Part shown: positions 11,013 to 21,037 of the stretch, piece after piece
Position numbering within the stretch: position 1 is the first letter of the stretch
Layout of the letters: each line of letters opens with the position of its first letter
DNA from: a virus
Taxonomy: Duplodnaviria > Caudoviricetes
Length of the DNA: 64,000 nt
IMG/VR virus record: IMGVR_UViG_3300031867_000018
Span: 32,001 to 96,000 of that record
Strand: one strand, 5' to 3'
Made by a program: the position numbers and the translations under genes
Notes under the pieces: model-generated
The model's database searches: none
Told to the model about the DNA's origin: nothing
The model's input: only the letters and a program-made list of their open reading frames with translations

Positions 11013-11843
11013 ATGGGATTTATAAATGATTGCAAAGTTACTTTTAATGGGGTCGATTTAACGACTTATGGATTGACAAATGTAACTATTGGTAATAACA
11101 TAAAGCCTCATATTTTTGGAGCAAATAAATCTATCCAGACCGCAAAATCTTTATATGGAAAAAGAAATGTTATAACAGGATGTAATAAAGAACCAATTAC
11201 TTTCGATTTAACTTTTAGCAAAGGGGATTCAACAATAACCGAAGATTTTTGCAGTGAATTATATCAAATATTCGATGTTACAACATATAAGCCACTTAAA
11301 TTCGGGAACGAAGATATGTATTATAACGCTATGCCAATGGTCGGGTCTGTTAGTGAACTTAATTTATATATAGGTTCAAAAGGATATGTGACTATTCCTT
11401 TCGTGTGTGATGCCGGTAATGGTTGGATAGATAGAGAGTATAATTTTAGCCGCAACTCAGAAACTATAGGTATAACATGGAGTATGAACAACCCGTGCAA
11501 TGTTAAGGATATTAATGATACATATAGAGTATATCCATACATAGAGATACAAGTTCCAGTTAATACTAATTATGTTAGTTTCGGTCTTGCGAGTCTTATA
11601 GATGCAGGAGATAGTAATGCTTGGTTTACACTTGATAATATTTCGGAAAATCAGACGATAGCCATAGACTGTGCGAATAAGCAATGCTACAGCTCAGCAG
11701 GAGACAATATCGTAGACAGTATAAGATATGATCAATTCTTTTTTCTCGAAGGTGGAGACAATACTATATATCATAGACAAATACAGGGTACTACATCTTA
11801 TTATAATATTAATTTTTATTTAAGCTGTCCGTATATGACTTGA
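11013..11843 (+). CDS. Distal tail protein (Dit-like)
   Basis: Position after TMP; FNGVDLTTYG start, F-x-CDAG..W and LEGGDNTI motifs; ATG at 11013 with GGAGGTG RBS. Confidence 0.7.
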   Translation: MGFINDCKVTFNGVDLTTYGLTNVTIGNNIKPHIFGANKSIQTAKSLYGKRNVITGCNKEPITFDLTFSKGDSTITEDFCSELYQIFDVTTYKPLKFGNEDMYYNAMPMVGSVSELNLYIGSKGYVTIPFVCDAGNGWIDREYNFSRNSETIGITWSMNNPCNVKDINDTYRVYPYIEIQVPVNTNYVSFGLASLIDAGDSNAWFTLDNISENQTIAIDCANKQCYSSAGDNIVDSIRYDQFFFLEGGDNTIYHRQIQGTTSYYNINFYLSCPYMT

Positions 11844-11858
11844 ATTGAGGTGAATTAA

Positions 11859-14800
11859 TTGAGATTAAGTAAATTAATTGAAGGTAGGACTTATACCTAT
11901 GAGATGATTTTGAGGAAGCAAGACTTGGTGGCTATCGGTTATATTCCTTATTCAAGTATATCATATACGAGAAAATTTAACGATTATGACGAATTGTCTT
12001 TTACTACATTCAGATATTTATATAGCCAAAAGGATAAATCTCAGTATGTAAATCCTATATGGGAACAACTTACGGCAGGATATGTAGTTGAATTAAGGAT
12101 TTGGGATAGTAATTATGTTGATGAAAATACTATTATAGATAATGTATCAGGGGTAAAAGAGTGTGTTTTTAAAGAATATTTTACTATTTCTAAGCCCGAT
12201 ATGCAAGCAAACGAAACGAGTGATAGTGAGAAAACGATTAATTGTATAGCGCAACATCAAATGGCATTTAAAAAGTTAAAATTACGAGGATTTGATGATA
12301 CAAGAAAACTATACGATTGTCGGTTATCATCAAGCACAAGTTCTTCAGAAGAAATTATATACGATATTGTAACAGATGTTAATGGATATCCGATAGAAAA
12401 CACTTATACTGTTGATAATTCAATAAGCACATACGATCCGACAGATAATACAAAGGGTGGTATATTAAATTATATTTTAAAATATATTTTGCCTGATTGG
12501 AAAGTTAGTTACTATGACGCAGAATTATTGAGAGTAGGACAACAAGGCAGACAAATAAATGTTGACAGAAATTTATTTACAGGTGCAATCGTTATTGGTG
12601 GTGATGATTCGGATGGACACGGCACATTAACGCAAGGTATTGCTACATATTGGAAGACAACAGGTAGAACAATATATAACAATATGCAAACAGCTATAAC
12701 ATCCGCTTCTTATAGTCTATCTGCCGCTGTGGATGGTACAGTAAAAGCACAGTATCAAATTGGTAGTGCATGGGCTAAATATGAAATCTCAAGTTTTTTG
12801 TCGTCAGATCGTGTATGGAATGAAAGCAATATTGATTCGATAATAAATGAACCTTTGAACGGTGCTAAACTGTTGACAGATGCAGAAAGTTTGCTTGTTA
12901 ACACACAAACATTGATCCAAGAATTATATAGTTTTCAATATAACTTTAGTGAGCTAAATAGTATAGATGGTAAAGATATAGATTATCTAAGTCAAGCTGA
13001 AGCATTTGTGTATTTAAATGATTATTGTAATGCACTTCTTTATAAACTTATTGCACCTTTATATATATACAAAACGGCTTCGGGCAATGTGCCTTATCGT
13101 TCTTTGCAACTTGATGGAACACTTGTTGACGTATTTGAAAAGTTGCAAGATTCTTTCTTATGTGTATTCGGATTTGATAACATAAATAAAACAATTCAAA
13201 TCTACAGTAGAGATAATGAAGTAGTAAATCCTAATAGTTCGCTTATAATTAGTCCTGATAATTATATGACGGATATCTCGTATCAGGCAGATACTGATCA
13301 AATAATAACAAGGCTGTATGCTACAGGTAAAGATGACCTGTGGTTAAGTGGAGCAAATATAACGGGACAGCGATTTGTAGATAATTTTGGTTATTTCACA
13401 AGTCAACCAAGTAAATACTTTACGGCGGATTCTGACGGTAACTATCCTCTTGTTACCGCACTTGAAACTTATGCAAGTATACTTGAACATTACTCAGATA
13501 AAAGCAATCAAGCAATAACAAGAAATGATATATTATATGTTTCCGGTAATGTGTATGAATATACGACAGAAACATATAATCTCGAACAGTTGCGAAACAA
13601 AATAAGTGAGTTGAGCGACAGAGTATCAGTATGCCAAAGTCTTGCTAAGCAATGGTCATATGTTTATTACAGTGATACGGCTTCAAGTGGTGCAACGCAA
13701 CAGGTGTCTGCTGGGGCTGTTATTGCTGCAAATAATGAATTATCAGAGATAGAGCAGGATATATCGCAGTATATAGACTTTGAATTGAATGCAACAACAG
13801 TAAGAGCTATCTACGACATTGATAGTGACAGCTTTAACACAAGCGTAGGTATGCCGGGAGAACCAATTGGAACACAAAGTGGTTTCTACTTATACGCAAA
13901 TTTATATCGGCTGCAGGAGGCACTTGTTAATTGGCAAACACAGTTTACTTATGAAAATGTAAGAGACTTGAATGATAATATTATATTCACAACCGAATTG
14001 TTGAATCAGCTTCGTGTGTACATATACGAAGAAGATGTGTCTTTTGATAATATCTCGGACGACAACGTGCTGTATCAATACGCTAAAGACTATCTGGAAT
14101 ATATCAATCAGATACCTATTACTGTAAACATAGGTATGGTGGACATATTAAGTAATTATCAATATCAGAGAGAATGGTCATTGATTACTGATGTGGGTGC
14201 AAAAATAAGAGTAGATTTTAGAGATTTCGACTTGAATATGCACGATACTAAATTAAAATTGATGGAATATACCCATTCTGTTTCTAATGGTCAGCAGGAT
14301 TTAAAAATTACATTATCTAACGCTTATGAGTTGAGAAATGTTTATAATCAAATGTTGCAGAATGTGTGGTATAATTCGTATAAAAACACGAAAGATATAC
14401 AGAGTTATAAAAAGTATTGGGAAGATTTTATCAAGAAACAAGATGATTTATTGTTGCAAGGGCAAACAATAAGTGCTGATGTTAACAATATTGTTGATGG
14501 TTTAGGGAGACCAGTTGTTAACGCAAACGGCTTAGTATTGAGTAAATTCGGTAATAATGCAATAAAATCTAATGCAGACGGTTATTATGTTCATGACCGG
14601 GGTTTCTCCAGTACAAAAAATGGTACGGGGTATACGGCTAATACGGTGTTGCGTCCTAATCAAATCGTTTTTGATAATGCCGATGTTGTCTATGATACAA
14701 GCCCAACAGGATATACTACATTTACGGTTAAGAACGTAGGCAGCAATAGTGGTAATGCAACTGGATTGCCTCGCTATTATACTGCTCCTTTTTGCAGTCA

Positions 14801-15437
14801 AAAATTACAAGCACTTGATATTCGGAATGGTACAAATTACATAACAACCAATTCAAATGGCGATCCTTGTATTTATTATGCAGAAATGACAATGGACTCT
14901 TCATCAGGTAATTTAAACGGTGGAGAATATTTTTATTATATGGCTAAATTAGTGCCTGATACTACAGAATCTGCTGTAAATGGATATGCGGTTCAGCAAT
15001 TTACAGACAACACAGGTAGATTAATGTATTACAATGTAAATGATGACGGTACAATAGATTATAACACTTTGGTATACACTGCCCCCGAAAATGCAGAATT
15101 ACTTGAACAGTCAAAAGTTAAGATATATCAAGCTATATTATATCCAACTATTCAGGTTAAAAGAACAACAAAAGCATCTGATGATCACGTTCCCGATGTT
15201 GTTTTCGGTATAGGAGATTCTAACGGATATGGCAAATTTACCGTAAGAAAATTGACCGATTCTGCTCAACTATTATATACAAGCCGAACGGAAAATGGTA
15301 GGATACGAGGCTTGGAGATAAAAGACAATGGCATATATCAAATACGAGGTAATGAAAGTAATATTATTCCATTTACACATCTTTCTTCAACAGAGCCAAC
15401 AACGGCTGAAGAAGGCGATTTATGGATAAAAACATGA
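11859..15437 (+). CDS. Tail-associated baseplate hub/spike protein (Tal/endopeptidase-like)
   Basis: Follows Dit; FNDYDELSFT and IITRLYATGKDDL motifs; C-terminal EPTTAEEGDLWI. Confidence 0.75.
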   Translation: MRLSKLIEGRTYTYEMILRKQDLVAIGYIPYSSISYTRKFNDYDELSFTTFRYLYSQKDKSQYVNPIWEQLTAGYVVELRIWDSNYVDENTIIDNVSGVKECVFKEYFTISKPDMQANETSDSEKTINCIAQHQMAFKKLKLRGFDDTRKLYDCRLSSSTSSSEEIIYDIVTDVNGYPIENTYTVDNSISTYDPTDNTKGGILNYILKYILPDWKVSYYDAELLRVGQQGRQINVDRNLFTGAIVIGGDDSDGHGTLTQGIATYWKTTGRTIYNNMQTAITSASYSLSAAVDGTVKAQYQIGSAWAKYEISSFLSSDRVWNESNIDSIINEPLNGAKLLTDAESLLVNTQTLIQELYSFQYNFSELNSIDGKDIDYLSQAEAFVYLNDYCNALLYKLIAPLYIYKTASGNVPYRSLQLDGTLVDVFEKLQDSFLCVFGFDNINKTIQIYSRDNEVVNPNSSLIISPDNYMTDISYQADTDQIITRLYATGKDDLWLSGANITGQRFVDNFGYFTSQPSKYFTADSDGNYPLVTALETYASILEHYSDKSNQAITRNDILYVSGNVYEYTTETYNLEQLRNKISELSDRVSVCQSLAKQWSYVYYSDTASSGATQQVSAGAVIAANNELSEIEQDISQYIDFELNATTVRAIYDIDSDSFNTSVGMPGEPIGTQSGFYLYANLYRLQEALVNWQTQFTYENVRDLNDNIIFTTELLNQLRVYIYEEDVSFDNISDDNVLYQYAKDYLEYINQIPITVNIGMVDILSNYQYQREWSLITDVGAKIRVDFRDFDLNMHDTKLKLMEYTHSVSNGQQDLKITLSNAYELRNVYNQMLQNVWYNSYKNTKDIQSYKKYWEDFIKKQDDLLLQGQTISADVNNIVDGLGRPVVNANGLVLSKFGNNAIKSNADGYYVHDRGFSSTKNGTGYTANTVLRPNQIVFDNADVVYDTSPTGYTTFTVKNVGSNSGNATGLPRYYTAPFCSQKLQALDIRNGTNYITTNSNGDPCIYYAEMTMDSSSGNLNGGEYFYYMAKLVPDTTESAVNGYAVQQFTDNTGRLMYYNVNDDGTIDYNTLVYTAPENAELLEQSKVKIYQAILYPTIQVKRTTKASDDHVPDVVFGIGDSNGYGKFTVRKLTDSAQLLYTSRTENGRIRGLEIKDNGIYQIRGNESNIIPFTHLSSTEPTTAEEGDLWIKT

Positions 15438-15455
15438 TATGAGAGGTGATTTATA

Positions 15456-16403
15456 ATGGCTTTAACGCCCGAATCGATAGCGGAGACATGGACACATGGT
15501 GACACAGTAGAAATAGCAACAACAGACGATTGGAATGTGTTTGCAACTTATCTAAACGCAAATCCTACAGCAGGAAGCGTTAGAAGTGCAAGGCTTATAG
15601 ACAATCTGGATTTTACAAACAAAAATTGTATTTTTATTACAGCCACGGGATATACGTCACCAATCACACATCTGTCATTTGACGGAGGGGGTTTTGAAAT
15701 TAGTAATATAGTAGCAACTCTTTCGGGTAATTTCAACGGTTTGGTGTGGTTTCGTGAGACTACTAATACTACTTCCATTAGCGATGTTACGGTAAGGAAT
15801 TGTTATGTTACGACTAACACCGCAACATCAGGATTATTCTGCGTTATGTCTGGGTATGTGGCTGCGAATTGCCATATTACGAATAGTCGATTTAATATGG
15901 GGGCAGAATTTCGTGGCATACATGGAGGAACTGGCGGTGTTGAATCATGCTCAGAAAATATCACAGTTTCTCTTTCGTCAGCAATAACAGGTGGTAGTTA
16001 TGTTGGTATCTATGGTCATCCTATAAACAAATGTGTTGTAATCAACGACATATCTGTAGAGCATAACAATGTCCTTATTACAGATTTTGATGGTTCTTCT
16101 TCCGCAACAACAATAGGTTCATCATTTTCGAGGAGTAGAGTAACAACAAATAACACAGGCGTTACATTCCGACCATTTGCTATACCATATCCAACTGAGT
16201 GCTATTGTGCCAATCCTTTGATAGGAGTTGCTACATACACTCCGTTTTATAATATTAGAACAAATACAAGATCATATTACGATAATTCAATCGAAGGCAA
16301 TCCAACAGCTTCGGCGGGTACAGAGTACGGATTAACTACAGCGGAACTGCAATCAGTTGCGACTATGCAAAGTTTAGGTTGGTATGTAAAGGCGGTGGAA
16401 TAA
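15456..16403 (+). CDS. Putative tail-tip/receptor-binding protein (beta-rich)
   Basis: LIDNLDF...FDGGGFEISNI motif typical of GLUG/beta-helix surface domains; position in tail module. Confidence 0.5.
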   Translation: MALTPESIAETWTHGDTVEIATTDDWNVFATYLNANPTAGSVRSARLIDNLDFTNKNCIFITATGYTSPITHLSFDGGGFEISNIVATLSGNFNGLVWFRETTNTTSISDVTVRNCYVTTNTATSGLFCVMSGYVAANCHITNSRFNMGAEFRGIHGGTGGVESCSENITVSLSSAITGGSYVGIYGHPINKCVVINDISVEHNNVLITDFDGSSSATTIGSSFSRSRVTTNNTGVTFRPFAIPYPTECYCANPLIGVATYTPFYNIRTNTRSYYDNSIEGNPTASAGTEYGLTTAELQSVATMQSLGWYVKAVE

Positions 16404-16406
16404 ATT

Positions 16407-17132
16407 ATGTCTGAAATATCAAATCTTATTACAGCAACACATGATACAAAGCTGGTACATGAGGAGTATACAGGGAAGAGAAATGTATCTATCGCAATAA
16501 GGACATTACGAGACATACGATTACATTCGATTACATTCAAAGGAGTCAAATCTTCATATGTATCGGGTGGCGAAATACAAGACATATCTGTTGCCTGTAA
16601 TATAAGTTCTTATGCAATGACAGCTAATGCAACATATCAAGATATTACGTTTCCACTCAATAATTATGCTGTTGCATATAGGACAACACAAACAATAACT
16701 ATGCAAACAAACCGTACATTTGAGTTGGAAGACGGCATTGATTCTTCGATTGACGATAGTGCGTTAGGTATGGGTATCTTTTTTAATACTATTACTAATG
16801 TGCCATCTTTTGAGATAAATTATTATATTGTTGGCGAACCGTATCTTAGAACTAACAATATAAACGATAATTACCTTTATTTATCAGGTTTCCCGACAGA
16901 TTATGGAGATTACTCAGGTAATAGTAATTGGTGGATAGATACAGACAAAGTAATTAATATCGGTTATCCTTTTATGTACGGTTTCCCGACAGATTACGGA
17001 GATTATAATTTCGGAAGGATTTATGTTAAAACTGCAAGTGGTTTTATTCTTTGTCCGATTTATCAAAAAACATCAAATGGGTTTCAGCCGTCAATTCTCA
17101 AAAAATACGATGGTAATAGATTTGTATTATGA
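16407..17132 (+). CDS. Putative tail-tip protein with internal GFPTDYGDY duplication
   Basis: End of tail module; 26-bp near-perfect repeat at 16887 and 16980. Confidence 0.5.
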   Translation: MSEISNLITATHDTKLVHEEYTGKRNVSIAIRTLRDIRLHSITFKGVKSSYVSGGEIQDISVACNISSYAMTANATYQDITFPLNNYAVAYRTTQTITMQTNRTFELEDGIDSSIDDSALGMGIFFNTITNVPSFEINYYIVGEPYLRTNNINDNYLYLSGFPTDYGDYSGNSNWWIDTDKVINIGYPFMYGFPTDYGDYNFGRIYVKTASGFILCPIYQKTSNGFQPSILKKYDGNRFVL

Positions 17133-17139
17133 TATGAAA

Positions 17140-17167
17140 TGGGCGGTTTCGACTGCCCTATTTTTTT
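17140..17167 (+). terminator. Intrinsic terminator ending the late operon
   Basis: GGGCGGT-TTCG-ACTGCCC followed by ATTTTTTT. Confidence 0.7.
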
Positions 17168-17199
17168 ACGATTGGATTAGAAATGTTTATGATTTGAAT

Positions 17200-17508
17200 T
17201 GGTAATATTTGGTATCTAAACATAGCTGCAAAATAAATTGTGTGTAAAGAGTGTGTAAAATGTATTTTTTATGTATTGAAAGTGGCTTGTTTGCAAGGGT
17301 TTAAAATATTTTAATACTAATTCACTTTCTTTACAATGTGTTTTTATTTTTTTTAAGATAATAACATAATAAATGTGATAAATAAGCCATTTATGAGCAT
17401 CAATAAATCAATTTGTAAACATTAAAAACATTATCATTTGGTATATGATTGCATAATTTAGCACCGTTTATTTAAAAAAGTGTGTAAAAGTGTGTAAAAC
17501 AAATTGGA
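17200..17508. other. Putative attP region
   Basis: Non-coding gap downstream of integrase with paired direct repeats GTGTGTAAA at 17240/17251 and 17480/17490 (arm-type sites) flanking an AT-rich core. Confidence 0.65.
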
Positions 17509-18690
17509 TTATTTTACCAATTTCATCAACTCATTTTCTTTTACATCTTCTTCGATTTCGGTATAAATATTCATTGTTAATTTAATATCTGAATGCCCCA
17601 TAATTTCTTGCATAGCTTTAGAATTAACCCCTTTGGCATACATCATCGAACAAAACGTATGTCTTAATGTGTGCGGAGCTAAAAAGTGTATTTTTAAAGA
17701 TTCATTGCTTTGATGTTTGTTGTAAGTTTGTTGAACCACTTTCAGACTTGTATAAATTTGTCTTTGATTGGTTACATTTCCGTTTTTTGTGCAAAAAACA
17801 AATCCAATCCATTCGTTTTTGTATACAACTATATTTTGATTTTGTTTTATTTCAAATAATGTTTTTCTAACAATAGGAAGCATAGGAATGTCTCTCATAG
17901 AACTCTCCGTTTTTGGGGTTTGCAGATAATATCGATAACCTCCGTCTGGAGCTGACGCATATATCAAGTTGTGTCTTATGTGTATGATATTTTCTTCAAA
18001 ATCAACATCTTCCCATAAAAGACCACAAAGTTCAGAGGCTCTCATTCCTGTATACAGTAAAACAATAACTTTGGCATAAATTAGTTTTCGCTGAGGCGTA
18101 TTCAAAAAAATTAAAAAAGCTTCAACTTGCTTTTCTGTTAAGCAATTCCCATTTTTTGTGGTTTCTTTACATTTTTTAACGATTTTATTTATGCTTTCTA
18201 AGGTATAAGTGTTTGGATTGTGTATTATAATTCTGTTTCTTATCGCAAATTTTATAATAGAGTTGACTATGCTATAGATTCCTTTAATTGTTTTTAAAGC
18301 CAATTTTTTATTTATGGCTAAGTCTTGGTAGAAATTTGTTAATAAAGCATAATTAATGTCGTTGATTCTCACTTGTGCAAGTTTTGGTTGGATATGACGG
18401 CTATAATCTCCCATATAACGCACAAGAGTTGTTGGTTTTATGTTTACCTTTTGGATGTTCATCCAAGCTTCATACAATTCATAAAAAAACGGATTAATAC
18501 TACTGCAGGGATTTAAATATTTTTGTTTAACAATTTCTTCCTCTTTTTCTCTTAGTTCTGCAAGATCATGAGCATAAATATACATCCACTTATTTGCCAA
18601 TTTGTCTTTATACCTATATTGATAAGTTCCATCTTTACGTTGACTTTCTCCTGTTTTTAAAACTCTACCTTTATTATCTTTCCTGCTCAT
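17509..18690 (-). CDS. int: Tyrosine integrase, Tn916/Tn1545-type
   Basis: N-terminal RKDNKGRVLKTGESQRKDG..YRY arm-binding domain; catalytic GMRASE, HTLRHT, MGHSDI..T..IY. Confidence 0.95.
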   Translation of the reverse strand: MSRKDNKGRVLKTGESQRKDGTYQYRYKDKLANKWMYIYAHDLAELREKEEEIVKQKYLNPCSSINPFFYELYEAWMNIQKVNIKPTTLVRYMGDYSRHIQPKLAQVRINDINYALLTNFYQDLAINKKLALKTIKGIYSIVNSIIKFAIRNRIIIHNPNTYTLESINKIVKKCKETTKNGNCLTEKQVEAFLIFLNTPQRKLIYAKVIVLLYTGMRASELCGLLWEDVDFEENIIHIRHNLIYASAPDGGYRYYLQTPKTESSMRDIPMLPIVRKTLFEIKQNQNIVVYKNEWIGFVFCTKNGNVTNQRQIYTSLKVVQQTYNKHQSNESLKIHFLAPHTLRHTFCSMMYAKGVNSKAMQEIMGHSDIKLTMNIYTEIEEDVKENELMKLVK

Positions 18691-18746
18691 ATTCAGTTCC
18701 TCCTTTTCTTAAAAGTAAAAAGAGCAACTATGTTTAGATATTTTTG

Positions 18747-18775
18747 ATTATATCACACGATTGCTCTTTTTACAA
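18747..18775 (-). promoter_or_regulatory. sigmaA-type promoter for int
   Basis: TTGTAA-17 bp-TATAAT on the minus strand. Confidence 0.55.
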
Positions 18776-18782
18776 CAATTAT

Positions 18783-18986
18783 TTATACACTATATTGATT
18801 TAGTAACCATTTCTCAAACTCTTTTCTTTTTATTAAGTATTTACTCTTCACCCTCAAAACAAACACACATCTTTCATCTCTGACCCATTCATATAACTGT
18901 TTCGTGCCGATATTAGACAACTTAGATGCTTCTACTATTGTTAGTAATATCTTGTCTTTAATTTCAACTTCCGTTGGTGCTTCCAA
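18783..18986 (-). CDS. xis: Excisionase (Tn916 Xis-like HTH)
   Basis: KILLTIVEASKLSNIG...LIKRKEFEKWL; TTG start with GGAGG RBS overlapping the end of dut; adjacent to int. Confidence 0.8.
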   Translation of the reverse strand: MEAPTEVEIKDKILLTIVEASKLSNIGTKQLYEWVRDERCVFVLRVKSKYLIKRKEFEKWLLNQYSV

Positions 18987-19554
18987 ACCCTCCACTCCTT
19001 TTCTTGCCCGTAAAATCATCGTCTTTTACAAGTAAAAAATTAGCAAATTGGAATTGGCAGAACGCTGTTCCTTTCTTGATTTCCATAGGTTTATTCCCGT
19101 TATTTTTTATGCCGACCCAAATATGCCCTTCATTTTCTTTATTATCAACATAATCCTTGTCAATTATACCCACAGTATTCAATAATTGACAATTATATTT
19201 AAAACCAAGAGAACTTCTTGGGTATGCCTGTAATACTTCCCCGCTATTCATATATGCTTTTAAATAGGTGGGAACTTTTTTTGTTTCTTTTGGGTCGAGT
19301 ATAAAATCGTATGGTGCATACACATCGTAGCAAGCTGAATCTGCCGTTGCTCTTTTAGGTAATGGCGGTTGGAAATTATGCAATTCTTTACATTCTTTCA
19401 CAGCTTTTACATACTTGAAATACCTATTTTTCTGCTTTTCTTTTTCTATTTTTGCAAGTTCCTGTTTCACATCTGTTTTCGTAATACTGACAGTGAGAAC
19501 GATATCTGTAACAATAAGTGTTAATAATATTATAAATAATAATGCTGGTTCCAA
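18964..19554 (-). CDS. dut: Trimeric dUTPase with N-terminal hydrophobic extension
   Basis: Motifs SACYDV, YPRSS, GIIDKDY, FCQFQF, RSGGFGST. Confidence 0.9.
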   Translation of the reverse strand: MEPALLFIILLTLIVTDIVLTVSITKTDVKQELAKIEKEKQKNRYFKYVKAVKECKELHNFQPPLPKRATADSACYDVYAPYDFILDPKETKKVPTYLKAYMNSGEVLQAYPRSSLGFKYNCQLLNTVGIIDKDYVDNKENEGHIWVGIKNNGNKPMEIKKGTAFCQFQFANFLLVKDDDFTGKKRSGGFGSTNGS

Positions 19555-19555
19555 T

Positions 19556-19765
19556 TCATCTACCTTCTTTCTTTTGAATATACCTTTCTAATTTTATAGG
19601 ATTATCCGCAGTTTTCTTTGTTTTTATAGCTTTGTTGTTTTCTATTTTGTATAAGAAATAATCACTACGATTTTTGTCGCTTGTAATTAAGTATCTATTT
19701 CCTGATCTCGTTTCGTAATCAAGGAAGATACGTTCATTTTTATCTATTACAAATTCATTTTTCAT
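19556..19765 (-). CDS. Hypothetical protein
   Basis: 69-aa ORF with GGAG RBS. Confidence 0.5.
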   Translation of the reverse strand: MKNEFVIDKNERIFLDYETRSGNRYLITSDKNRSDYFLYKIENNKAIKTKKTADNPIKLERYIQKKEGR

Positions 19766-20274
19766 CTTGATTCTCCAATACTAAAAATACCTCGGCATAA
19801 CTAATACCTCTTTTAAGAGCTTCTTCGTGTGTTGAAACACAAAAATCAATTCGATTGCCTTGAATGGCACTTCCCGTTCCTTCAGCTACATAAGCTTCTC
19901 CGTCAATCATTATTTTGCTTCCTAAAGGAATAACATTAGGGTCAACAGCCATAGAGTGATAAGAAATGATAGGAGTTCCCATCGCCGTAAAATTATATCC
20001 GCCATTACATATTTCACAAGGACAATAATAAGTTTTGAAATGTACCTAAACTAATTATCTGAGTATTTGAATTAGTTGCTGTTTCATTTTCTGTAGTTAA
20101 TTCTGTTGTTGATTCTGTACTTGCTATTTCTGTAGTTGATATGATAATGCTTGATTTTGATATATCGTCATTGATATTTACCGAAACAGTTTTGTAAGCA
20201 ACAATAATAATTAATGTTGTTAGTACGAATATAGCAACTTTGTTGATTAGAATGACGAATTGCTTATTAGACAT
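19755..20274 (-). pseudogene. Membrane-anchored 3D-domain cell-wall protein, frameshifted near 20038
   Basis: N-terminal TM segment and Thr/Ser/Glu linker; removing one T gives LGTFKTYYCPCEIC..TAMG..AVDPNVIPLGS..AEGTGSAIQGNRID. Confidence 0.75.
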
Positions 20275-20339
20275 GGAATCTCCTTTGTGTTTCAATTATT
20301 TTGATGTATGTGCTTGCAGAATGATACTTTTTGTGGCAC

Positions 20340-20537
20340 TTAGTCCATTATAAGTTTATATAGCCCACAGTGGCACTCTCCTTCGATTTGATTGTCCATC
20401 ATGTTTCTAAAATCTTTGCACATACATTTAGTGTCTGGACTTTTTTCAATTTGGCAAGGACAATAATTATCATTATCTTTTAATTTTTGCCGAATCTCAT
20501 TAACATATTCAGCGTTTGAGTTTAATATTACTCTCAT
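20340..20537 (-). CDS. Ferredoxin-thioredoxin/disulfide reductase catalytic-subunit-like protein
   Basis: YCPC...CMC...CHCGLY signature. Confidence 0.8.
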   Translation of the reverse strand: MRVILNSNAEYVNEIRQKLKDNDNYCPCQIEKSPDTKCMCKDFRNMMDNQIEGECHCGLYKLIMD

Positions 20538-20545
20538 ATTTCCTC

Positions 20546-21037
20546 CTAAGATATTTTTTTAGCATATTGATTGTCACTGGCAAGATTTACTCCAAGTACA
20601 TAGTCGTAATGAGACTGTTGGTCGGGAATAAATCTACCAAATTTAATAATTATATTAGATAATTTTTTAAACTGCTCTAAGTAGTCTTTGTATTTTTGAT
20701 TTACTTCTTCCTCTGTGTAACCTGTGTATATGACGATATCGTCTTTAATATTATTTATATTTCTTAATTGTATAATAAATAGCAACACATTATCTATGTC
20801 ATCGAAAGGCTCTAACCCTCCAAATATTACAGATTTGGAAATATCGTTGTTTAAATATCTATTTATTATGTTTCGTATCGGAATCTCAATATCCGGAGAA
20901 TTAGCAAGTGCGCCGTTTTGACACACTTGCTTTCTGCACTCTTTGTCACATTTAAAAGTACAAGAATGACAACCGATAAACATTGAAGGAAGTTTATAGT
21001 TGACAAAATCTTCATCTATGACATATTTAACTTTCAT
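20546..21037 (-). CDS. nrdG: Anaerobic RNR activase (radical SAM)
   Basis: Cys cluster CTFKCDKEC..CQN, GGLEPF, IYTGY; overlaps nrdD stop. Confidence 0.85.
   Translation of the reverse strand: MKVKYVIDEDFVNYKLPSMFIGCHSCTFKCDKECRKQVCQNGALANSPDIEIPIRNIINRYLNNDISKSVIFGGLEPFDDIDNVLLFIIQLRNINNIKDDIVIYTGYTEEEVNQKYKDYLEQFKKLSNIIIKFGRFIPDQQSHYDYVLGVNLASDNQYAKKIS

Noticed and set aside
15456-17132. Diversity-generating retroelement target in tail-tip genes
   Set aside because: No reverse transcriptase and no template/variable repeat pair in the window; the only repeat is a 26-bp in-frame duplication.
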